Shown here in pieces: positions 51,643 to 63,313 of a DNA stretch of 64,000 bases. The notes below the pieces were generated by a model. It saw nothing but the letters and a program-made list of their open reading frames with translations, was not told where the DNA came from and ran no database searches. The first letter of the stretch is position 1; each line of letters opens with the position of its first letter. Made by a program: the position numbers and the translations under genes. Source of the stretch: an uncultured Candidatus Rokubacteria bacterium (GTDB lineage: Bacteria; Methylomirabilota; Methylomirabilia; Rokubacteriales; CSP1-6); the NCBI GenBank assembly GCA_963789955.1, contig CAWBMV010000022.1, forward strand, positions 128,001-192,000, given 5' to 3'.

Positions 51643-53354
51643 TTACGACGTCCGCGCGAGAGGCCCCCGCAGAAGCTGACCCGGCAGCGCGCCGGTGTGC
51701 TTGCCGTCGCGCAACAGGACCTCGCCGTTGACGACCGTCGCCGCGATCCCGCGCGTGCGCTGCACGAGGCGGCGCGCGCCCGACGGCAGATCGTCCACGA
51801 CTTCCGGCATCTCCGCGGCGATCGTCTCCGGGTCGAAGACGACCAGATCGGCCGCCATCCCTTCGCGGACGAGCCCGCGATTGGCGAAGCCCCACAAGGT
51901 CGCTGGCACGAGCGTGAGCATGCGGACGGCCTGCTCGAGCGTGAACGCCTGCTTGCGCCGGACCCAGTGGTAGAGCAGGTGCGTCTGCAGCGACGAATCC
52001 ATGAGCTGCGACACGTGCGCGCCCGAGTCGGAGAACGTGACGACGGCACGCGGGTGGCGCATCAGCTCGAGGGCGTAGTCCTGGTCCTCATTGGCGATCG
52101 GCTGCAGGAAGAACAGGTCGAGGTCCTTGGCCAGGGCCAGATCGATCATGGTCTCGGCCGGATGCTGGCCGCGCTCGCGCGCGACCTCGGCGACGGTGCG
52201 ATGCGGCCCTTCGACCGTATCGAAGACGAGCAGCCAATCGTAGTCGGGCGGCTTCGCCTCGGTTCCGACCGGCCGCCGGCCGTCCTTCTCACCGGAGGCC
52301 TCGATGAGTCGACGGCGCAGCTCGGGATCGCGCAGACGCCGGCGCTGCTCGGCGAGCGGCAGCGCGCGCAGCTCCTTCCACACCGGGAGCCGATCGAACG
52401 GCATTTGCGTCTTGAACGACAGCAGCGCGCTCAACGACCGGCTGTGGACCTGCGCGAACATCCGGCCGCCCGCCGCGGCCGTCTCGTCGAGTAGCGCGAG
52501 GTATTTACGCCACGCGTCCGGCACGCCCCGGCGGCTGAAGACGCCGAACGTGATCGGGCGCCCGGTCTCGACGGCGAGATCGCGCAGCCGCGTGTGATAC
52601 TCGCGGAGCCCGGGTCGTTCGCGGTGCGGTCGACGCCTTCGCCGGCGATCTCGAATAGCCCGGCGTTCAGATCGCCCATCACGCCGACCAGCCGGCGCAC
52701 TTCGTCCCACGTCGCCAGACGGCTGGCGACCGGCTGACCGTTCGGCGTCTCGTGGGCCGGCGAGCGCGACGTGGTGAAGCCGATCGCGCCGGCGCGGATC
52801 GCGTCGCGCACCTGACGCTCCATCGCCCTGAGATCGTCCTCGGTGGCCGCCTGCTCGAACGCGCGCTCGCCCATCACGAACGTGCGCACGGCCGAGTGGC
52901 CCACGTAGCCGCCGTAGTTGATGCCCTTGGGCAAGGCCTCGAGCGTGTCGAGGAACTCGGGGAACGTGGTCCAGCGCCACTTGATCCCGGCTTCCATCGC
53001 CGCCGGCGAAATGTCCTCGGCGCGCTGGAGATTGCGGACGACGAGGTGCTTGTTCTCCTCGGCGCAGGGAGCCAGGGTGAAGCCGCAGTTGCCCATCACG
53101 ACGCTGGTGATGCCGTGATAGCAGGACGAGGTTCCGAGCGGATCCCAGAAGATCTGCGCGTCCATGTGCGTGTGGCCGTCGACGAAGCCCGGCGTGACGA
53201 CGTGGCCTTCGGCGTCGATCACCTCGCGCGCGCGCTCGCGGATGCGCCCGATCGTGGTGATGCGGCCGTGCCGCACGCCGACGTCGGCCCGATACCGCGG
53301 AAGCCCGGATCCATCGATGACCGTGCCGTTCTTGATTACCAGGTCGTACGACAT
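51643..53354 (-). CDS. N-acyl-D-amino-acid deacylase family amidohydrolase; frame break near 52610
   Basis: DLVIKNGTVIDGSG, PGFVDGHTHMD, GNCGF, SDSGAH, ADLVVFDP. Confidence 0.9.
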
Positions 53355-53399
53355 TCTCAGCTCTCCTCAGGACGCGTCGGGGTCAGTGACACCTTCCGA

Positions 53400-53611
53400 T
53401 TTCGAATTCATTGACTCGCGTCAGCGGAGGCCGCTTCGGCTTACTACCGCTTTCGAATCAATTGACTCGCCTCAGCGGAGGCCGCTTCGGCTCGTACTAC
53501 CGCTTTCGAATTGATAGACTCGCCTCAGCGGAGGCCGCTTCGGCTCGTACTACCGCTTTCGAATTCATTGACTCGCCTCAGCGGAGGCACCGCTTCGGCT
53601 CGTACTACCGC
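53400..53611. repeat. Tandem array of four 51-55 bp units
   Basis: Units start at 53400, 53451, 53504 and 53557; consensus tttcgaattcattgactcgcctcagcggaggccgcttcggctcgtactaccgc. Confidence 0.95.
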
Positions 53612-54165
53612 TGGCCCTGTGCCCGGTCGGCGATCTGGACCGACTTCTTCTCGGGGTCGAAGCGTAAGGTCTTCTTCGTCTCGACGTCGCCGCCCGTGAC
53701 GCGGAGGAAGAACGTGTCGTCGCCGTATTCGATCGAGTGGATGTCGCCGACCGCGAACACCGAGGCATGGCCGGCCTCGTTCATGAAGTCGCGTGAGACC
53801 TCGACCTCGGCGTAGCCGGGCTTGCTGCCGTCGTCCAGTCGGCGCCACCGGCGCATGCGCGTCGGGTTCTTGTAGTTGCCGTAGATCACCCAGCACGGGC
53901 CGTGGTCGTGGGGCACGGACTTGCCGCCTTTTTCACGCCCGTGCACCAGCACGTGCACGTCGGTCTCGGGATCGTGGCCGATCGTCGTGCGCTCGCGATA
54001 GGGCACCGGGTCGCCCAGGTGCTTCTTCAGGAGCTCGGGGTTGCGCAGGAGCTTCTCGAGGTGATCGCGGATCTCGGCGAGCCCTGACGGGACGCCCTTC
54101 GCCTTGATGGTGGCTCGAGTATCGGCGAGGAACTGATCGAGGGTGTACGCGGTTTCGCTGGCCAT
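53605..54165 (-). CDS. Cupin / thiol-dioxygenase-like protein
   Basis: PHDHGPCWVIYG and DIHS (three-His cupin pattern); SD AAGGAG. Confidence 0.7.
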   Translation of the reverse strand: MASETAYTLDQFLADTRATIKAKGVPSGLAEIRDHLEKLLRNPELLKKHLGDPVPYRERTTIGHDPETDVHVLVHGREKGGKSVPHDHGPCWVIYGNYKNPTRMRRWRRLDDGSKPGYAEVEVSRDFMNEAGHASVFAVGDIHSIEYGDDTFFLRVTGGDVETKKTLRFDPEKKSVQIADRAQGQR

Positions 54166-54257
54166 GGCAATCTCCTTTTGATCCGAACTCTCTGCCCTGG
54201 ATGATATCAGGTCACGGACGAGCGGAGGGCGGCAGCCTTGTAGCATACTTGGCGGCC

Positions 54258-55438
54258 ATGAAAGTCTTCGTCTTCGATCTTCTGCCGTACGCCGAGCATC
54301 TGGATCACCTGAAGGACGGCAAGGAGCTTCCGTGGCCGTTGCCGCGACGCCATTTCAAGCCCGAGGTCGCCGCGCGGACCTATGCCGAGCACCTCGACGC
54401 CTGGGAGGCCATGGACCGCCTCGGCTACGACGGGGTGGGATTCAACGAGCATCACACCTCGCCGTACGGCCTGATGAACTCGCCGAACTTATTGGCCGCG
54501 GCGGCCGCTCAGCGTACCCAGCGGCTCAAGCTCCTCGTGTACGGCAATCTGCTGCCGCTCCACGATCCGCTCCGGCTCGCCGAGGAGCTGGCGATGCTCG
54601 ACTGCATGTCGAACGGGCGCATCGTTTCCGGATTCGCCCGCGGCATTCCGCGCGAGCACAACGTCTACAACGTCTCGCTGGCCGACTCGCGCGCCCGCTT
54701 CGAAGAGGCCTGGGAGATCATCCGCCGCGCGTGGACGGAAGAGGTCTTCTCGTACGAGGGCCGTTTCTGGTCGTATCGCGACGTCGCCATCTGGCCGCGG
54801 CCCGTGCAGACGCCGCATCCGCCCGTGTGGGTGCCGGTCACCGGCAGCAAGGAGACGATCGAGTGGGCGGGACGCCACGACATTCCCATCACGCCCGGGC
54901 CTGGCGCCGATCCGCGGATTGCGTGAGGACATCATCCGCTACTACGAGCGCTGCCTCGCCCGAGCACGGTCATCGGCTCACGCCGGATCACCTGATCATC
55001 CAGGCGACCGCGTACGTGGCGGACAGCAAGGCCCAGGCGGTGCGGGAAGCCGGACCCTACGTGCTCTACTTCAACCGGACGCTCTTCAGCCACGGCAACA
55101 TCACGGAGTCCTCGCTCCAGCGCGACGCCGGCTATTTGAGCTCGGGGTCGTTCGACTACGTGAGACCCGAGAACATGCATGCCGTGTCGGGCTCGCGCGA
55201 GCGCTATCGCGACATGACGATGGCCGACGTCGAGCGCGAGGCCGAGCAGTGGCCCTGGGGCACCGCGGACGAGGTCATCGAGAAGATCATCGCGGCCGCC
55301 GACCACGCCGGGGCCTCGACCGTGCTGGTCAACATGAACCGCGGCGCCATGCCGCAGGAGATGTTCCTCGAGCAGGTGCACCGGTTCGGCAGCAAGGTGC
55401 TCCCCGCGCTGAGGTCCCATACCGTCACGGCTCGATGA
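54258..55438 (+). CDS. LLM class flavin-dependent oxidoreductase; frame breaks near 54900 and 54960
   Basis: FNEHH, SPNL, PLRLAEELAMLD, GFARG, PRPVQTPHPPVW. Confidence 0.88.
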
Positions 55439-56292
55439 TCGATCGCCGCGTCGCAGTGATCCTGGCGACGGTCGCCCTGATCCTCTGGCCGCGAGGCGTT
55501 CCGGCCGCCGAACCGACTCCCGAGCTCGTCGCCCGGGGGAAATATGTGTTCGGCGCCGCCGGCGGCTGCGCGTGCCACACGACCCCTGACGGAGCCGGCC
55601 TGAATGCCGGCGGCACGAAGTTCGACCTGTCCTTCTTCGGCGTCGTCTACACGCCGAACATCACGCCGGACGCCGAGACCGGGATCGGGAAGTGGACCGA
55701 CGCGCAGGTGATCAACGCCATTCGCCGCGGCGAGCGCCCGGACGGCGCGAAGCTGTTTCCGATCCATCCGTACAAGTACTTCAGCAACATCGCCGACGAC
55801 GAGATCGAAGCGCTGGTCGCCTATCTGAGATCCGTGAAGGCGATCACATCATCGGTGCCGGCACGATCTCTGAAGATTCCGGTTCCCACGAGAACGATCG
55901 TTCCCGCGGTGAAGATCGCGCCGCGAGACGGGCGGGCGCGTGGCGCGTATCTCGCGGGTGGGGCGGGGCACTGCGCCGAGTGCCACACGCCCAGGCGATT
56001 CGACGCGTCCACGGACGACACGAAATTCCTCGCGGGCGGGCCGGGACCGGAGCGAAGCCTGGCGGCCAACATCACGCCGCACAACGAGACCGGGATCGGC
56101 CGCTGGACCGAGGCTCAGATCGCGCGGTTCCTGCGAACCGGCGTGAAGCCCTCGGGGCAGGAAGCGTCCTCGCTGATGCGGACCGTCATCGTCGGCACGT
56201 CGGCCGGATTCAGGGACCTCACGGAGGCGGACGCCCTCGCGATCGCCCGGTACCTCAAGACCGTGCCGCCGATCGAGAACAAGGTCCGCTAG
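55435..56292 (+). CDS. Periplasmic di-heme cytochrome c
   Basis: Signal peptide; ARGKY...GCACHT, PNITPDAETGIG, RGAYL...CAECHTPR, ANITP. Confidence 0.88.
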   Translation: MIDRRVAVILATVALILWPRGVPAAEPTPELVARGKYVFGAAGGCACHTTPDGAGLNAGGTKFDLSFFGVVYTPNITPDAETGIGKWTDAQVINAIRRGERPDGAKLFPIHPYKYFSNIADDEIEALVAYLRSVKAITSSVPARSLKIPVPTRTIVPAVKIAPRDGRARGAYLAGGAGHCAECHTPRRFDASTDDTKFLAGGPGPERSLAANITPHNETGIGRWTEAQIARFLRTGVKPSGQEASSLMRTVIVGTSAGFRDLTEADALAIARYLKTVPPIENKVR

Positions 56293-56298
56293 AGCCGG

Positions 56299-57496
56299 CT
56301 ACTCGTCGCGGGCGCCCGACGTTCTCTGCTTGAACTCCGCGGGGACGTCACGGCCCGCATCGGTGAACGCGCGGCGGATCGCCTCGACGTTCGGGCTGAA
56401 GATCGTCTTGCGGTTGTCGCGCGCCCACTCGTTCGAGCCGCGCGTCGTCTCGAGCGAGCCCTGGAAGCGCGGCATCACGTAACGGGCGAAGAGCTCGTAC
56501 GAGCGCAGGGTCTGCTCGCGCGTCGCCCACTCGTGGGCGCGGAAGAGCAGGCCGCCGAAGCCGCCGCCGCTCTGCTCGCTGCAGGTGCTCGATGCCCGCG
56601 CACGACCGTCTCGACCGAGCCGACCAGCGTGGTGCCCATCTTCACGCCCTCGGTCAGCGGATCGTCGGAGCGGCCCGGCGGCCGGCCGAGCGTTTCCTCG
56701 AAGTAGGTGACGGTCTCGTGGCGCTCGGCGTCGCTTCACCTGCCGCAGCGCTTCTTCGTCGTCCTCGGCCACGTGCACGTTGACGACGAGCCGCCATTCC
56801 TTCCGGTCCATCGTCTTGCCGTGCTTGGCGGCCGTCTCCTCGCCGAGCTTCCACTGATTCGCCAGCGCTTCGGGCCCACCCGGAAGTCCCGCGCCGAGCG
56901 AGAGCACGCCGAGGCCGTGACGGCCCGCGGCGATCACGCCGGCCGGCGTCATGACGCTCGCCACTGCGATCGGGAAGTGCGGCGCGGTATACGGCGCCAG
57001 GTGCAAACGCGCCTGCCGCAGCTCGAACCAGTCGGTCTTCATCGTCACCGGCTCCTCGCAGCGGAGGAGCTGCATGATCGCGTCGAGCGATTCGTCCATC
57101 CGTCGGACGCTGGGTCACCGGCTCGATGCCGAGCATGTACGCATCGGAAACGAGCGCGCCCGGGCCGCAGCCGAGCATCGAGCGGCCGCGCGTCATGTGA
57201 TCGAGCTGGACGAAGCGCTGCGCCACCAGCAGGGGGTGGTGGTAGGGCAGGCTCGTCACGCCCGAGCCGAGCATGATGTGACGCGTGCGCTCGGCGGCGG
57301 CGGCGATGAAGAGCTCGGGCGAGGCGATCAGCTCCCAGCCGGCGGAATGGTGCTCGCCGACCCACACCTCGTCGTAGCCGAGGTAATCCAGCCACTCGAT
57401 CAGCTCCATGTCGCGTCCGAGGGCCAGGGTGGGGTTCTCGCCGATCCGATGGAACGGGGCCAGGAAGATTCCGAAGCGCATTCCTTTGTGGGCCAT
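56299..57496 (-). CDS. LLM class monooxygenase (limonene 1,2-monooxygenase-like); about 3 frame breaks
   Basis: RFGIFLAPFH, GEHHSAGWE, LPYHHP, LDHMTRGR, AHEWA, SYELFARYVMP. Confidence 0.88.
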
Positions 57497-57563
57497 GGTG
57501 AGGATCCTAGCACGGGGCCCGCTGAATCGCGCGCGAGGCCGCGCGGTGCTACCATGCCGCCCC

Positions 57564-58608
57564 ATGACAGATCGAACGATCCGCGTGGGGTTCGTGGGCG
57601 CCGGCGCCAATTCGCGCAAGCATCACATTCCAAAGCTCAAGGCTCAGCCGGGAGTCGAGCTGGCCGCGGTGGCGAACCGGTCGAAGGAATCCGGCGATCG
57701 GATCGCGCGCGAGTTCGGGATCGCGCGGGTCTATGCCGACTGGCGCGAGCTGGTGCGTGCCCCGGACATCGACGCGGTGTGTATCGGTACGTGGCCGAAC
57801 ACGCACAGCGAGATCACGCGCGCGGTGCTCGAGCACGGCAAGCACGTGCTCTGCGAGGCGCGCATGGCGATGAACGCCGCCGAGGCGCGCACCATGCTCG
57901 ACGCCGCGCGCCGAGCGCCGCAGCTCGTGACGCAGCTCGTGCCGGCGCCGAACACGCTCGAGGTCGATTCGACCCTGCAGGCGTTGCTGGCCGAGGGCTA
58001 CGTCGGCGACGTCCTGGCCGTCGAGATCCAGGCCAATCAGGGCCAGTTCGTCGACGCCGAGGCGCCGCTCCACTGGCGGCAGGATGCCGCCCTCAGCGGC
58101 CTCAACGTCATGACGATGGGCATCTGGTACGAGGCGCTGATGCGCTGGCTCGGTCCGGCGCGCCGTGTGATGGCGCTCACCAAGATCGCGGTGCCCCGGC
58201 GCAAGGACGCGGCGGGCGCCTGGCAGGACGTGCGCGTGCCCGATCACGTCGAGATTCTCGCGACTCTGGGGCGTGGTGCATCGGCGCACATGCGCTTCAG
58301 CACGGTCACGGCGCTGGCGCCGCCCAGCGAGGTGTGGATCTTCGGGACGGAGGGCACGCTCCGGGTCGAGTCCGACGCCAGGCGCGTCTCCGGCGGACGG
58401 CGCGGCGACAAGGCCCTGCGCGAGATCCCGATCCCCGCGCGAGCGCCGCATCGGCTGGCGCGTCGAGGAAGAGTTCGTCAACGCGATCCGCGGCCGCGAG
58501 AAGGTCACGCGCACGACCTTCGAGGACGGCGTGCGCTACATGGAGTTCACCGAGGCCGTCTGGAAGAGTGCCCAGAGCGGTCAGGCGGCCGACGTCGCCG
58601 AGCTGTGA
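57564..58608 (+). CDS. Gfo/Idh/MocA family oxidoreductase; frame break near 58445
   Basis: RVGFVGAG, IDAVCIGTWP, GKHVLCEARMA, TTFEDG. Confidence 0.88.
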
Positions 58609-58615
58609 CGAGCGT

Positions 58616-58810
58616 CTAGCGCTCCTTCGTCAGCACGCGAACCACCACGATCACGACGGCGCCCACCAGGAGCGCCAGCCCGGCGAAGAGGAGCGCGGCC
58701 GTCAGCGGGCTCATCGGCGCGTCCCGCAGCGGGCCGCCGTGATCGGCCGCCGCCGGCGCCGCGGCGACGAGGCTCGCGAGCGCCGCGAAACGACGCATCG
58801 AGGCGATCAC
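58616..58810 (-). CDS. Small membrane protein
   Basis: Signal-like N-terminus, ADHGG, one TM segment; GTGA overlap with the upstream gene. Confidence 0.55.
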   Translation of the reverse strand: MIASMRRFAALASLVAAAPAAADHGGPLRDAPMSPLTAALLFAGLALLVGAVVIVVVRVLTKER

Positions 58811-59277
58811 CCGCCGGTCTTCGCCGCCGCCTGAAGCTCTCGCACGTGCTCGGCCCAGTGGCGCGCGAGTACCTCGAGCCGCTGCCGTCCCGTGATCGTC
58901 TCGCCGTTCGCGCGCCGGAAGCACGGCTTGTCGAGGTGCGTCGAGCTCCGCGCGGCCTGCACGAGCCGCGCGTGCGCCTGCCGGAGCTGGGTCAGGAGCT
59001 CGTCGAAGCTCTCGTGCGCGTGGAGCCGGCGGCACACCTCGTTGATCGTGTCGGCATCGCCCGGCAGCGGCCAGGGCGGCCCGCCGAGCGCGGCCGCCTG
59101 GATCCCCCAGGCGGTCGCATCGTGGAAGTAGAGGAAGTGCATCAACACGTCGCGCGCCTGCCAGCGATCGACCCTCGCGCTGGTCGTCCGGCCGGCGCCG
59201 TCGAAGTACCCCAGGGTTTCCTTGACGACGCGATCGAGCTCGCTCAGGAGCGCTTCGTTCGAGGGCGACGTGCTCAT
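58807..59277 (-). CDS. DinB/MDMPI-like helical protein
   Basis: WQARDVLMH and HWAEHVREL. Confidence 0.7.
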   Translation of the reverse strand: MSTSPSNEALLSELDRVVKETLGYFDGAGRTTSARVDRWQARDVLMHFLYFHDATAWGIQAAALGGPPWPLPGDADTINEVCRRLHAHESFDELLTQLRQAHARLVQAARSSTHLDKPCFRRANGETITGRQRLEVLARHWAEHVRELQAAAKTGG

Positions 59278-59290
59278 CCCGTGACTCCCT

Positions 59291-60841
59291 TCAGCGGGGT
59301 TTCTTCTTGAGGAAGAGATTGATGTCGTCCGGCGTGATCAGGTCGGGTGCGGTCCAGCCGTCGAGGTCGTACTCGGCCATGCATTGCTCGGCGAATCCTC
59401 TGAACTGCGCCGCCCGGCCGCTGTCATGCGCCATCTGCCACGCGATCAGCCGAACGGTCTCCGGCGCGCCCGCATAGTTCCGCTCGTACAGCTCGTGCCG
59501 GCTGCCGAACTCGGTGCCGATGGCGTCCCACAAGAGCTTCATCAGCTTGATCCGGTCCACCGCGTCGGTGCCGTCGGAGCCGCGCAGGTACTTCTCGAGC
59601 AACGGACGCAGCGCCGGCGACTTGAAGTCGACCGCGTGCGAGTTGAGATAGATCAGCCCGCTGGCCAGGATGCTCTCGGTCAGCTCCTTGATCCGCGGAT
59701 AGGCGACCGGCGCGAAGACCCGGTAGGCCTGCGCGGACTCTGGATTCGGCAGCACCGTCGCGCCCGACCACGGCACCGGGTTGCGCGTCATCGCGTCGGT
59801 GAGCCCCCAGAACAGGTTGCGCCAGGCGATCACCTCGCCGACCGTCGCCTGCACGTTCTTCGTGTCGGTCGAGCCGACGGCGTCGACCGCCTTCAGGAGC
59901 AGACCGGCGATGAAGTCGAGCTTCACGGCCAGGCGTGTGCAGCCGTGGAGCATCGCGCGCGGGAAGAACCCGGAGCCCTGGAAGAACGTGTTCGATTTCT
60001 GCACGTTCTCGTAGACGAAGACGTTCTCCCACGGGACCAGGGCGTGATCGAGGACCAGGATCGCGTCGTTCTCGTCCATCCGGCTCGAGAGCGGATAGTC
60101 GAACGGGCTGCCCATCACCTCGGCGGTCATCGTGTAGGACGGCCGGCAGATCAGCTTCACGCCCGGCGTGTTCATCGAGGCGATGAAGACCGCGGCGAAC
60201 TCCTTGGTCTTGATCGGGGTGGTCGAGGGATGCGCGATGAAGTTGGCGTGCGTCAGCGCCGAGCCGGTGGCGACGACCTTCGCGCCGCTGACGATCAGGC
60301 CGGCGTCGGTCTCCTTCTCGACGTGCACGTAGACGTCGGCCACCTGGTCCGGGGGCTTCTGCCGATCGACCGGCGGCTGGACGAGGGCGTGATTCAGGTA
60401 GAGGACGCGCTCCTGCGCCGCGCGATACCACCGGCGCGCGTTGTCCTGATACGGCGCGTAGAAGTCGGCGTTGGCGCCGAGCGTCGCCAGGAAGGCCGCC
60501 TTGTAGTCCGGCGAGCGCCCCATCCAGCCGTAGGTCAGGCGCGACCACGCGGCGATCGCGTCGCGCGCCGCGACCAGCTCGTCGGCGCTCGTCGGCGCGC
60601 GAAAGTAGCGGTGCGTGTAGCCGCCGGAGCCGGTATCGGTCGGACACGTCAAGGTGGCCTGCGACGCCGGATCGTGGAGCGCGTCGTAGAGCCGCGCCAG
60701 CATCCGCGCGGGATTGCGAAAGGCCGGGTGCGTCGTGACGTCGTCGACCCGCTCGCCGTAGATCCAGATCTCGCGGCCGTCGCGCAGGCTCTCGAGGAAC
60801 TCCTTGCCGGTGAACGGCCGTGTGGGGCCCGTGGTCATCAC
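59291..60841 (-). CDS. hpaB: 4-hydroxyphenylacetate 3-monooxygenase oxygenase component family
   Basis: [56 protein letters not shown]. Confidence 0.9.
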   Translation of the reverse strand: MMTTGPTRPFTGKEFLESLRDGREIWIYGERVDDVTTHPAFRNPARMLARLYDALHDPASQATLTCPTDTGSGGYTHRYFRAPTSADELVAARDAIAAWSRLTYGWMGRSPDYKAAFLATLGANADFYAPYQDNARRWYRAAQERVLYLNHALVQPPVDRQKPPDQVADVYVHVEKETDAGLIVSGAKVVATGSALTHANFIAHPSTTPIKTKEFAAVFIASMNTPGVKLICRPSYTMTAEVMGSPFDYPLSSRMDENDAILVLDHALVPWENVFVYENVQKSNTFFQGSGFFPRAMLHGCTRLAVKLDFIAGLLLKAVDAVGSTDTKNVQATVGEVIAWRNLFWGLTDAMTRNPVPWSGATVLPNPESAQAYRVFAPVAYPRIKELTESILASGLIYLNSHAVDFKSPALRPLLEKYLRGSDGTDAVDRIKLMKLLWDAIGTEFGSRHELYERNYAGAPETVRLIAWQMAHDSGRAAQFRGFAEQCMAEYDLDGWTAPDLITPDDINLFLKKKPR

Positions 60842-60848
60842 GGCTGCC

Positions 60849-61737
60849 TCAGGCGGCGACGGCCGGCCGAACCTTGGTGGCGACCAGGTCGAGCAGCTCG
60901 AGCATGCGCCCGAGATCGTCGCGGCGGAAGTCGACCATCAGATGCGCGAGGCCGAGTCGCTGGTACTCGCCGAAGAGGTCGGTGACCGCCTGCGCGCCCT
61001 GCCGAACGAGATCATCGCTGAGGGCGAGCCGCAGCGAGGTCGTCAGTGATTTCCACGGGCGCCCGGCGGCGTCGGCGGCGGCCCGCAGGCGCGCGATGCG
61101 GTCGCGCATCTCCGCGGGGGTCTTGCCCGACGCGTGCCATCCGTCGCCGAGCGTGACGACGCGGCGAAAGGCGCCGGCGCTGTCGCCGCCGACCCAGATG
61201 GGCGGATGCGGCTTCTGGACCGGCTTGGGGGCGAAGCCGATGTCGCTGAAGCGGTAGAACTCCCCGTCGAAGGCCGGCCGATCCGACGTCCACAGCTCCT
61301 TGAAGACGCGCAGCATCTCGTCCGCTTGCTGGCCGCGCACGATGGAACGGCGCGCCGAGGATCTCGAGCTCCTGCTTCCACCAGCCCACGCCGACACCGC
61401 AGATCAGCCGTCCGTTCGAGAGCGTGTCGATCGTGGTCAGCATCTTGGCCATGAGGACGGGGTGGCGATGACCGAGCACGAAGACCGAGGCGCCGAGACG
61501 CGCCTTGGTCGTGCACATCGCCGCCGCCGCGAGTAAGGTGACGGGCTCGAGATACGGCTTTTCGGGCGGATGGGGGAATCGGCCGCCCGGATAGCCGGAT
61601 GACGTATAGGGAAAGACGACGTGATCGCTGACCCAGAGAGAGGCCATCCCGAGCCCTTCGGCCTGACGGGCGAACGTCACGAGCGCGTCGCGGGTGGCGA
61701 CGGGGCCTTGCATGGGAAGCTGGCAGCCGATGTCCAT
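60849..61737 (-). CDS. LLM class, probably F420-dependent, oxidoreductase; frame break near 61340
   Basis: [45 protein letters not shown]. Confidence 0.85.
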
Positions 61738-61779
61738 GGTGACTCCTTTCGACTCACGTGATCCGAGTGGCTCTCGGTG

Positions 61780-63304
61780 TCACCCCCGCCGCACGAGCTC
61801 GGCGGCCTCCACGATGGCCCTCAGCTTCGCCTCGGCGACGCTCGCGGAGCTGACCGGATTGTCGGCGAAGGTCGCGAAGCCGCAATCGGGCGTCAGCAGC
61901 ACGCGATCCGCGCCGAAGAGCTTCACGGCGCGCCGCGCGCGCTCGGCGATCTCCTCGACCGTCTCCACGCGATCGTGCTTCTGGTTGACGACGCCGACGC
62001 CGATGCGGACGTCTCGCGGCAGGTCGGCGAGCACGTCCAGCTCACCGGCGCGCGGCGTGCACAGCTCGAGAAAGAGCGTACCGACGTCGAGCGAGGACAG
62101 GAGCGAGACCAGCGGGCGGTAGTCGCCGGCCAGCGCCGCCTCCTCGTTCCGGGTCCAGTTGCCCCGGCACACGTGCAGCCCGAGCCTCGAGCGTGGCAGA
62201 CCGGCGACGACCCGATTGACGAGCCCGCGCGCGAACTCGAGCTCGCGCGCCCGCGTCGCCCTTCTCGCTGAGCGCGCCGCACATGAAGCTCCGCGTGTTC
62301 TTGGCGCCGGTGTAGACCACTTCGGCGAGCACCGGCTCGTCGAGCTGCACGAGCGCGACGCCGGCGGCGAGCAGGAAGTGGATCTCCTCGCGCAGGACCC
62401 GCACGACGTCGTCGGCCAGGTGCTCCCGTGATCGATAGAAGCGATCCGAGACGCACTCGAGCCACATCAATCGGGTGAGGAGATAGGGCCCGGGCAGCGC
62501 GATCTTCACCGGCTTGTCGGTCAGCCCGTGAACGAATGCGTGCTCGTGAGCGGCCAGCGGTCGACTCCGGCCGAGCGGGCCGAAGAGGGCGGGATGACGG
62601 ACCTCGGAGGCCGGAACGTCGAGCGAGCGCATCTCGCGCTCGAACTTCTCGGGATCGTCGACGAGCGGGAGCAGGTCCGTGAGCGGGATCAGCTGACAAT
62701 TGTCGAGCCGCCCGCCCACGAAGCTCGCGTAGTTGTCGCGCCGCTGCTCGCCGTCCGAGATGACGTCGGCGCCCGACCGGAGCTGCGCGTCGACCGCGAG
62801 GCGGACCGCGTCGTCGGCGGTCGCCTGGAACTCCGCCTCGCCGAGCCGGCCTTCGAGGTGCTCGTGGATCGCCTGGAGCATCCAGCGCGGGCGCGGCCAG
62901 CTCCCGATGCCCATCACGGACAGCGGGCGGATGGCGGACGCCGCGGCCGGCGCCGGAAGCGTGGCCGGGACGGTGACGGCGACCGCCTGGCGCGTCACGG
63001 GCGCCAGCGCCGCCGCGCTCGCGCGCCGTGAGGGCTTACGCTCGGCCAGCGTGCCCTTGCAGACGAGAAAGCTTCGCTCCTTGCCCCGCCGGACGAACGA
63101 CACGAGCTCGTTGCCGGTCATCCGGCACCAGGCGGGGAAGTCCTCTTCGACCGAAATCTCGGTGGAACGAAACTCGAGGAGCTGGCCGCGCTCCAGCGGG
63201 TCCATGTGCTGGCGGATCAGGAGAAGGAGCCCGTTGCCGCAGTCCAGATCTCCGCCGTCGAAGCTCAGGTCGGCTTCGTGCTGGTGACGGTCAACGGGCT
63301 CCAT
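61780..63304 (-). CDS. TusA-like domain fused to a cobalamin-independent methionine synthase (MetE C-terminal)-like domain; frame break near 62250
   Basis: N-terminal FDGGDLDCGNG...PAWCRMTGN; Ala/Pro linker; GSWPRP, DGEQRR, VQLDEP, HVCRGN, PDCGF. Confidence 0.85.
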
Positions 63305-63313
63305 CGCCGAGGC

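Noticed and set aside
53400..53611. CRISPR array
   Set aside because: The variable part is only about 6 nt, the unit includes the adjacent gene end, and there are no cas genes
59384..60985. Long antisense ORFs (also 9471-11315, 21233-22633, 24841-26556, 41710-43224)
   Set aside because: Shadow ORFs opposite well-supported genes, expected at high GC3
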